DNA of 64,000 bases, from positions 110,033-174,032 of the forward strand of contig CAYGDP010000002.1 in the NCBI GenBank assembly GCA_964348665.1, given 5' to 3'. Made by a program: the position numbers and the translations under genes. A model generated the notes under the pieces. It was not told the DNA's origin. It saw nothing but the letters and a program-made list of their open reading frames with translations, and searched no databases. Below, piece after piece: positions 31,801-40,800 of this stretch. How positions within the stretch are numbered: the first letter of the stretch is position 1; each line of letters opens with the position of its first letter. Source of the stretch: an uncultured Verrucomicrobiota bacterium (GTDB lineage: Bacteria; Verrucomicrobiota; Verrucomicrobiia; Palsa-1439; CAYGDP01).

Positions 31801-34800
31801 GGGGAGTTGTCGTTGTGGACGCGACCATCCCCGTGGGGACAAGCATGGTGGTGCAAGTGCGCGCCGCCGACAGCTTGAGTGATCTGGCGAGCCTGCCCTA
31901 CATCACGATCCAGTCCGGCCAAATCCTCCACGACGTCGCCGGTCGGTTCTTGCAACTCAAAGTCACCGTCGTCTCCGAGGACGACGCCACTCGTCCGAGC
32001 GTGCAAGCGATCTCCATTTATAAATTGCCGCCGCCGACCATCACGGTCTCCAGCCCCGCCAACGGCGAGCGATTCGACGCGGGCAGTTCGATTCTGATTA
32101 CCGGCCTAGCCGCTTCCGGCCGTCCCTTTATCGCCGAGACGGGAACGCAGATTCCCAATCGGATCGCCACGGTCACCGCCAATGGAACGACCGTCGAGGC
32201 GCTGGACTTGATTGGGAATTTCTTCACCCGAGTCACGCTTTTGCCCGGCGAGAATGTTTATGAGTTTACCGCGTATGACGCCTTCGGCCAGAGCGTCACC
32301 GCAACGCTGACTCTCACCGGCGTGCAAGTGACGGCCGGCGACGTTGATTTCGCGCAGTTGACCGATGTTAGCCGCAGCTTCGTCAGTGAATATGGCCGCA
32401 CCTCGTTTACCGAGAGCGCCGACGTGTTGTATGCCGACCTTGACTCGATTCGCAGCATCGGCTCGTTTTACGTGGATGCGCCTTTCCTGCTCGGGGTGAC
32501 CAACTTCAGCGATTCAAGCGTGCAACTGGCCGACAGCGACGGGGTGACTCCCGATGGTATCGCGTACTACGACCTGAGCAGTCTGGTCATTGACGGCTCG
32601 ATCGCGCCCGGAGAACTGCTCGGCTCGCAAACGCTGGCCTTCTTCAATCCCAACCGCGTTCGGTTCACCTACGATCTGGTCTTCTTGGGTCGCCTCAATC
32701 GCGCGCCCGCGTTTACCACCGTTCCCGATCTTTCGGTTGCCCTGGGCCAGACCTATTCCTACCTCGCCGACGCTGCGGATCCTGATGTGAACCCGCTGAG
32801 CTTCTCGATTCTCTCCGGCCCCGCCGCGATGACCATCGAGAGCGCGACCGGCGCGGTGACGTGGACGCCGATCACAAGCGACCTCGGAACCCATTCCATT
32901 ACCCTTCAAGTCGCCGATGGCCGGGGCGGGTTTGGCCGGCAACATTACTTGCTCTCGGTCACTGCCGTTCCGCCGAATCGTCCGCCGGTCTTCACCTCGA
33001 TTCCAACGGTTGTTGGCAACGTCAACCTCACCTATAATTATTTGGCCACCGCAACCGACACGGACAACGACGCGCTGATCTTCTCCCTGCTTAGCGGGCC
33101 GCAAGGCTTGAGCGTCCATGCCAACGGTCTTGTCACTTGGACGCCCACCGCCGACCAGCTCGGAGTTCAAAATGTGGTTCTCACTGTTTCCGATGGCCAC
33201 GGCGGCGACGCCTTCCAAAGCTTCGCCATTTTCGTCAGCCAGGAACCGGGCAATCACCCGCCCGTGATCGTCACCCAACCGATCACCACGGGGTTCGCGG
33301 GAACCGCTTACACCTACGACGTGGATGCCCTTGACGCGGACAACGATTCTTTGACCTATTCCCTGACGACCTTCCCAGCGGGGATGACCATTGACGGAAT
33401 GACGGGATTGATTTCATGGAATCCAACGTTGAGCGACGTGGGAAATCACGTCGTCACCGTCCGCGTGAGCGAGAATCGCGGCGGGATCGGCGAACAGAGT
33501 TTCTTCCTCTCGGTTCAAGGGCAAGCCCCCGCCCAAATCCGCGGCGCGAAATTCAACGATCTGGACGGGAACGGCGTCCGCGCTTCCGAAGAACCCGGTC
33601 TTGCCAATTGGGCGATCTATCTAGATCAAAACGGCAATGGCCGGCGCGACTTTGGCGAGTCGGTCAGGCTTACCGATGTCAACGGAAACTATTCCTTCGA
33701 TAATCTTCTGCCCGGCGATTATCTCGTCGCCGAGGAAGCTCAGCGCGGGTTTAGCCAGACGGCTCCCCTGGGCGGAACATACGCGGTCAGCGTCGCCAAC
33801 GGCCAGATCGTCGCGGGACTGGATTTCGGCAACAAGCAGGTGGCGGTTGTGGAAGAGCAGCCGCCCTTCTTCGTGACCGAGCCGATTACTGAAGCGATTG
33901 CAAGCCAGACCTATCTCTACGAAGCCGCCGCGACCGATCCCAATTTCGATGCGCTCAGCTTCGATCTCCTGGTCAAACCCGCCGGGATGCTGGTGGATCC
34001 CGTAACCGGCGTCGTGATCTGGGAACCCACCGCCGCCCAGGTCGGTGTGCACGACGTCGTGCTGCGAGTTTCGGACGGCAACGGCGGCAGCGACGAGCAA
34101 TCCTTCCAAATCATCGTCAGCCCCGCCAATAACCCGCCTTCCATCACTTCGGTTCCATTCGGTCCCGCCTTGGTCGGCCTGCTCTACCAATATCAAGTCC
34201 GCGCGCAAGACGCCGACGGCGACGCGCTGACGTTCCAATTGGTGACTGCGCCCTCCGGAATGACCCTCTCTTTCCTCACTCCTCAATCCTCAATCCTCTC
34301 CTGGACGCCAACCTTCAGTCAGATTGGGACTCACGCCGTCGCCATCACCGTCGCCGATGGTCGTGGCGGAATGGACGCGCAGAGCTTTGATCTCGCCGTG
34401 GCCGTTGCCAATGACGCTCCTGCCATCACCTCGACGCCGACTGCCCCCGCCGTTGTCGGGTTCCCGTATCAGTATCAAGCGCGAGCTTCCGATCCCAATG
34501 GCGATCCGCTCACCTTCCGCTTGGACGTCGCCCCCTCGGGCATGGTGATTGATCATTTGAGCGGCCTTTTGACGTGGACGGCGACCGCCGATCAGGTCGG
34601 TACCAATCAAGTCAGCATCGCCGTGACCGATGGCCGGGGCGGGATCGCCACCCAGTCGTTTGGATTGCCCACCGTCACTGAAGCGGTCAACGACGCCCCT
34701 CAAATCACTTCCTCGCCTCCCGCGCCCGCCGTTGTCGGCTTCCCTTATCGGTATCAGGTGGAAGCATCCGATCCCAATGGCGATCCGCTCACTTTCAGTC

Positions 34801-37800
34801 TCGATACCGCTCCCAGTGGGATGACGATGGATAGCCAGACAGGGCTTGTCTCGTACACCGCTACCGCCGGTCAGGTCGGCAATCAACCCGTCGCCATCAC
34901 GGTCGCCGACGGTCGCGGCGGATTCTTTACGCAGTCGTTTGATTTGCCCGTGGTGACCAGCGCCCCAAATGACGCGCCAACCATTGTCTCCGAGCCGCTC
35001 GGCCCCGCCGTCGTGGATGCGCCCTATCGTTACCAAGTGGAAGCCACAGACGTAAATGGCGACCTGATTACGTTCCAACTCACCACCGCTCCCAGCGGAA
35101 TGCTGATTGACTCCGCCACGGGACTGATCTCATGGACGCCGACCGCCGCCCAGGTGGGAACCCAGAATGTCGCCGTCTCGGCTAGCGACGGTCGGGGCGG
35201 CGTCGCCACGCAGTCGTTTGGGCTGCCCGTCGTGACGCAGACGATCGCCAATGAGCCGCCTTCCATCAGTTCCACGCCGCGCATCAATGCCGCTGTTGGT
35301 TCGCTCTATCTCTATGCGGTCGTGGCCACCGATCCCAATCATGACGTCCTGACTTATTCTCTGCCAATCGCCCCCGCAGGCATGACGGTGGATGCCGATG
35401 GTTTGATCCGTTGGACGCCGACGTCCGCTCAACTCGGACCGAACTTTGCGCGGCTGGAAATCTCTGATGGCCGAGGCGCTATTGTGGGACAAGAGTTTAA
35501 CGTCAACGTCACCACCGAGTTCACCAATCAGCCGCCGATTATCGTTTCCAACCCGACGGGTTCAGCTCTTGTGGGTGATCTCTATCGTTATGACGCTGTC
35601 GCCTCCGACCCCGATCATGACCCGCTCACATGGACGCTGGTCAGCGGCCCGGCGGGAATGTCCATGGATTCGCAGCTTGGCTCGCTGCGTTGGACGCCCA
35701 ACGCGGATCAAGCAGGATTCCAACCCGCTGTCATCCAAGTCAGCGATCCCTTCGGCGGTTCTTCAACCCAAAGCTTCACGGTGGCGGTTCGCTTGGTCAA
35801 TATCGCCCCCAGCATTACTTCCACGCCGCTGACCAGCGCCGTGGTCGGCAAGACGTATGTTTATGCCGTCCGCGCCACCGACCCTGAAAACGATCCGCTG
35901 GCCTTCTTCCTGACCAGCGCTCCGGCGGGAATGACCATGGACGCGGGGACGGGATTGATCCTGTGGACGCCGACCAGCGCGCAGGCGGGCAGCGCGAGCG
36001 TCTCGGTGGCGGTTTCCGACGGGCAAGCCTTCTCTTCCCAAAATTATTCCATCACCGTGCTGGCCACGGCGGAGAATGCCCCGCCGGTGGTGACCTCCAC
36101 CCCGCCGTTCTTTGCGACGGTGGATACGCTCTACACTTATATTGTCACCGCCGTTGACCCGGAATCCGAGCCGATCACGTTCACGCTGACCGAAGCTCCT
36201 GCGGGAATGACGCTCACCCCAGTCACCAATAACGAGTCACAAATCACTTGGACGCCGTCTGCGGCGGACATTGGTTTCCACACCGTCTCGATCGTGGTGA
36301 CCGACCCGCATGGCGCGCCGAGCGCGCAGCGCTTCACCATCGGTGTGGCTGATCCCAACAATCCCAATCCGCCGATTGCGGATATTTCCAACATCGCGGA
36401 GAACCAAGTGGTGCGGGATGGATTGTTTGATCTGGTTGGCATCGCCAATGATCTCGACCCGACCGACGCGGTCTCTTACCAGTTGAGCCTTTTCCTGCCC
36501 GATGGCACGTTTGTCCGAGACATGACGCCCGCTCCGCTCAACGCGCAAGGCTTCCATGTGGGTCGGGTTTCCGGCGGTGACAATCTTGCCACGCTGGACT
36601 TCACGATGTTGGAGAACGGCGTTTACCAACTCGATCTGACGGTGAGAGGCGGCAACGATTTCGACTCGGACACCGTCACCTTCGCGTTGGACAGCAATCT
36701 CAAGGTCGGCCAGTTCGGTTTCTCACAGCAAGATTTGGTGATTCCTGTCAGCGGCATCCCGCTCTCGGTGATTCGCACGTACAACTCGCTCAATCCGAGA
36801 GACGGAGATTTCGGGTTCTCGTGGACATACTCGATCAGCGACGTGGAGTTTACCACCGATGAGTTCCGCGTCCCTGCCGAGGACATTGATGGCACAAACT
36901 TTAGCCTGCGCGACGGTGGCGGGCGCAACATCACTCTCACGCTCCCCGATGGGCGGCGGACAACGTTCGCGTTCTCGCTGACGCCCGGTCTTTCGGACGC
37001 TTCGGGTGTGTCTTGTTTCTGTTACCAAGCTTTCTGGACGGCCCCGCCCGGCGTCTATTACACCCTCCAACCGACCGTCTCCAATAAGCTCATCCAACTC
37101 CCCGGCCTAACGCCGTTCTGGGAAGCGGCGGGCTTGGGCACGCCGATGGATGCGTTTGATTTCAAGAGCTTCATCCTGACGGGCAAAGACGGCGCGCGGG
37201 TTGATCGTTCCGGCCACCGCACCGACGGCTTCCCGCTGGGCCACACCGCCACCGGCGGCACGCGCTACGTCATCGAGCGGGAAGATTTGGGTGAACACTT
37301 TGTCCTCACCGAGGAAGGCGCGAGCCTCTTCGTCCACACTTATGGCGAGGGGAAACTCACACAAGTCATTGATCGAAATGGGAACACGACGGTTATTAGC
37401 AACGATCAAATCGCTTCCTTTAATGCCTTGGGTGACCCAATACGTTTGATTACATTCGACCGGAATCCTGAAGGTCGCATCGTAGCCATTACTGACCCAC
37501 TGGGCGCACAAATGACTTATGAATATGACTCTTTGGGCAACCTCACCTCCGCAACCGACCGAGTTGGCAATACCACCCAATATGTCTATGGAAATCCCAG
37601 TTTATCGCACTACATTACAGAGATAATAGATCCACTTGGCCGAACAACCGCTCGGACGGAATATGATGATAACGGACGCATCATCGCTACGATTGACGCG
37701 AAGGGCAATCGTGTGGAGTTCAACTACGACTTGTCGGGACACACGCAGACAATTTTCAACGGGCTTGGTATCCCGGCAATTTACACCTATGACACGCGTG

Positions 37801-40800
37801 GGAATGTAACGGAGAGAACACAGTTCCTCGATGGCATGGCGGTTGTCAATCATTGGATTTACGACGGCAACAATAACTTACTCACCCACGTTGACCCTCT
37901 GGGCAATACGCGCAACTACACATACGATTCACAAGGGAACGTGCTATCGGTGACTGATCCTCATGGCGCAGACCAGAATCCTGAGGAGTTCACAATACGT
38001 TACACCTATGACGAGTTCGGTAATAGCACCAGCGTCATGCTGCCGACTGGAGCAGCGGAATTTTCGACGTATGACTCCAATGGGAATCTGCTGGCAATCA
38101 CCAATGAGGACGCCGTGGTGTTGAGTTCATGGACGTTCGACGCGGTGGGAAACACGACCTCCGAGACCGATGCGTTCGGGACATTCTCCTACCAATATGA
38201 TTCGGTCGGCAACAATATCAGCTTCACTGATTCCATAGGCAATACGATCACCAGCACCTACGATGCGAACGGCCAGATCACGACGATGACGGATAACGGG
38301 GTGACCTCGACATTCCAATACGACGAAAATGGTCGGGAGACATCCTCGGATTACGGCAATGGTATCACGGCCAACTATGGTTACAGTTTCCAAGACGAAT
38401 GGACGACGCTGGATGCACCGACAATCGGACATCTTGGGCGCGAGTTTGACGAAACAGGGCGGTTAGGCGGCTGGGAGTTGACGAACGGCAGCACGATAGA
38501 TTTCGATTACAACGCGGCGGGGCAATTGACCCAACAGGTTGATCCAATGGGGAACGTGACGCAATATGAATATGATGATCTAGGTCGTGTGGTTAGCGTC
38601 GTAGACGTGGCGACGGGTGCCGTGACGACGAAGGAATATGATCTCGCAAACCGCGTGATTCGGACTACGGATGCAGAAGGAAACTCGCAAACTTTCAGCT
38701 ACGGACCGGATGGCCGGCTCGCAGCGACGAGTGATGCGAATGGAAATGTCTTATTATACAGCTACACATTATTCACCACGTCTGTGACCGATCCGTTGGG
38801 ACGGACGACGACAACGGAGTTCTCGGAGCTTGGTGTGCCGATCCGCACGATCAATCCCGATGGGACGGAATCGAGCGCGAGCTACTTGGATGGGGTGATT
38901 GATGACCCCGATGAGTTCCCCACGTCACTGGTGGATGAAGGCGGTCATGTGCGGTCGTACACGTATGACGACGTTGGCCGACTTTCGACGGCAACGGATT
39001 TAGGCGGGAGCGTTTACAATTATAATTACGGGTTAGATGGTCTTTCTTCTATCCTTGGTCCCACCAGCGAGACGCTTGGCTTCACGTACGATATTATTGG
39101 AAATCGCAGCACGATGACCTTTGGGGATGGGGGCGTGCAGAGCTATTCCTACGGGGCGAACAATTTACCTTCTGTGGTAACGCTGCCGTCGGGCGAAACG
39201 ATTAGCCTCCTCTACGATGACGCAGGTCGCACGACCTCGCGTATGACTTCCGAGGGAGAATCTGCAACATACTCCTACAACGCCAATGACCAAGTTACCG
39301 TGCAGCAGGATAACACGGGCATTACCAGTTACACGTATGACGAAATCGGAAATTTGCAGCGCATTGATTATCCGACCACTGCGAGCGTCGAATACGGATA
39401 TGATTTGCTGGGACGCGTGATCTCTGTGACGGCCAAGGAATCTCCGACTGCGTTAGGTTACACAACGCTTTATCACTATAACGAAATCGGGAATCTCGAC
39501 CAAGTGACCGACCCGTTGGGTGGGGTGACGACGTATGAATATGATGAGGTTTATCGGCTAGGCAAACGAACATTGCCCAACGGAATCGAGACGACCTACG
39601 AATACAATGACAGCGATCAAGTGACAGTCATCATCCACAAGGATAGCGGCAGCAATGTGATTGCATCGCTGCGCTACGAGCGTCAGGGAATCGGTGAGCC
39701 AAGCAAGATCACGCGCGAAGACGACTCGTATGTGTTGCTCGGTTACGATAACGCGCTACGCATGACCAGCGAAGCCTATTTTGATCCCAACAACGTGCTT
39801 ATCGAGCAAATCACTTATCAATATGACGACGCGGGAAATCGGGTCGGCAGAACGACGGCGTTGGGAGCGAGCACATACAACTACCAGACGGGCTTCCGTC
39901 TCACAGCGGTGGACGGGCCAGGCAGCGATGATGAATCCTACAGCTATGATTCGGATGGAAACACAACCGCGATCAGCCGCGACGGATTGAATCTGATGCT
40001 AACTTATGACAGCTACGGACACGTGACAGGTGTGCAAGGGCTGGCGGGCGGCGCGACAGAAACGTATACCTATGACGCTATGGGTCGGCGCGTGGGAATA
40101 GCAAACGGAGCGGGTGACATTAGGAACTTCCTCGTCGCGCCGACATTGGCAGATGGACTTGAACAACCGTATCTGGTGACCGACGTCAGCGGCGCGGTTC
40201 AGATGGGCTACGCGTACGTAGGCGAGACGCCGTTGCTGCGCTTCGATGCCAGCGGCCAGCCAGTTTATTACCTTGACGACGCGATGGGATCAGTGATCGG
40301 ATTGGCGAACGCCAGCGGTCAAGGTGTTGCAAGCTTCCAATACGACGGCTTCGGAAATCCGCGAGTGGTAACCGGCGACTCTGCTGCACCCGCGACCATC
40401 GGTGGCGACTTCCGTTTTCACGGACAATGGCTTGACATCTCCACTCAGCTATATTCCATGCGTGCTCGCACTTACGACCCACAGACCGGTCGATTCCTCA
40501 GTCGCGACCCCATCGAAATGGACCAGTTCACACCCGAGATGATGAATTTCTACATCTTCGCAAACTCAAATACGCACCTCTTTCGCGATCCGAGTGGGTT
40601 GTTTTCACTAATCGAATTAAATTTGACGACACTAATCCAAGGTTTTCTACAAGGTATACGCGCGCTAGCTGTACATGAAGCTAAGCAGTATGTTAAGCAA
40701 CAGGCGTTTGGAGCGGCTGGTAGTTTTTTTGTTAACTCGATCGCTTCGTTCGTGCCAGGGCTCCATGAATTTGGAAGTAACCTGTCTTCGATAACTGGCA